DNA of 4,433 nucleotides from a virus (Duplodnaviria; Heunggongvirae; Uroviricota; Caudoviricetes): IMG/VR virus record IMGVR_UViG_2541047441_000013, positions 1 to 4,433 of that record; one strand, 5' to 3'. Shown piece by piece: positions 4,256 to 4,433 of this stretch (position 1 is its first letter; each line of letters starts with the position of its first letter). The notes under the pieces were generated by a model. It saw only the letters and a program-made list of their open reading frames with translations, ran no database searches and was not told where the DNA came from. The position numbers and the translations under genes were made by a program.

Positions 4256-4349
4256 CGTTTTGCGGGCTGCGGTTCTCCTCTTTTGATTCTCCTTGTGGCC
4301 GGACCGTGGCCCGCAACTGTTGAGGAAAATCCCGGAAAGGGGAGGAATA

Positions 4350-4433
4350 ATGACATTTAAACATTATGATGTTGTCAGGGCGGCGTCGCCGTCAGACCTT
4401 GCGGAAAAGCTGACACACAAACTGAAAGAGGGC
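4350..4433 (+). CDS. 5' end of a downstream CDS (first 28 codons, MTFKHYDVVRAASPSDLAEKLTHKLKEG...), hypothetical protein; continues beyond the window
   Basis: ATG at 4350 is preceded by a strong SD (AAGGGGAGG, 4337-4345). The frame stays open to the window end (28 codons). Too short for the ORF track. It follows a terminator cluster, suggesting a new transcription unit or a Q-antiterminated late gene. Family not confidently recognised. Confidence 0.55.
   Translation, partial: MTFKHYDVVRAASPSDLAEKLTHKLKEG

Noticed and set aside
3827-4349. Shiga toxin or other toxin genes in the post-tRNA slot
   Set aside because: No ORF of adequate length or quality is present; the region is non-coding apart from a possible micro-ORF.
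1-4433. CRISPR array, IS element or transposase, integrase, rRNA
   Set aside because: No direct-repeat and spacer periodicity, no terminal inverted repeats flanking a transposase-like ORF, and no rRNA-like sequence were seen anywhere in the window.

Overview
This window reads as the Q-to-lysis 'moron' segment of a lambdoid prophage from an enterobacterium (E. coli-like), with every supported gene on the + strand. In order: the 3' end of a nin-region gene (1-116), the rusA Holliday-junction resolvase (129-500), a small Q82/Q21/QuuD-type antiterminator Q (490-861), an AT-rich spacer, and a T-rich, rare-codon-rich gene for a CPBP/Abi-family intramembrane protease with intact EExxxR, FxxxH and HxxxN motifs (1013-1831). 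Then come a regulatory intergenic region with a perfect 14-bp palindrome and a tR'-like terminator (1884-1994), a 65-aa putative winged-helix protein whose stop codon lies inside a terminator hairpin (2118-2325), and an orphan beta-class (DPPY...FxGxG) N6-adenine DNA methyltransferase (2495-3553). A tRNA island follows (tRNA-Ile CAU, a degenerate tRNA-like element, tRNA-Arg UCU; 3594-3826), then about 520 bp with no convincing gene but four terminator-like hairpins, two of them back-to-back on opposite strands (3827-4349), and the first 28 codons of the next gene (4350-4433). No stx, IS element, CRISPR array or rRNA was seen. The best candidates for something undescribed are the CPBP protease moron, possibly acting as a cassette with the small DNA-binding protein, orphan methylase and rare-codon tRNAs, and the terminator-dense non-coding stretch after the tRNAs. 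All family assignments come from motif and pattern recognition by eye; no database search or folding program was run.
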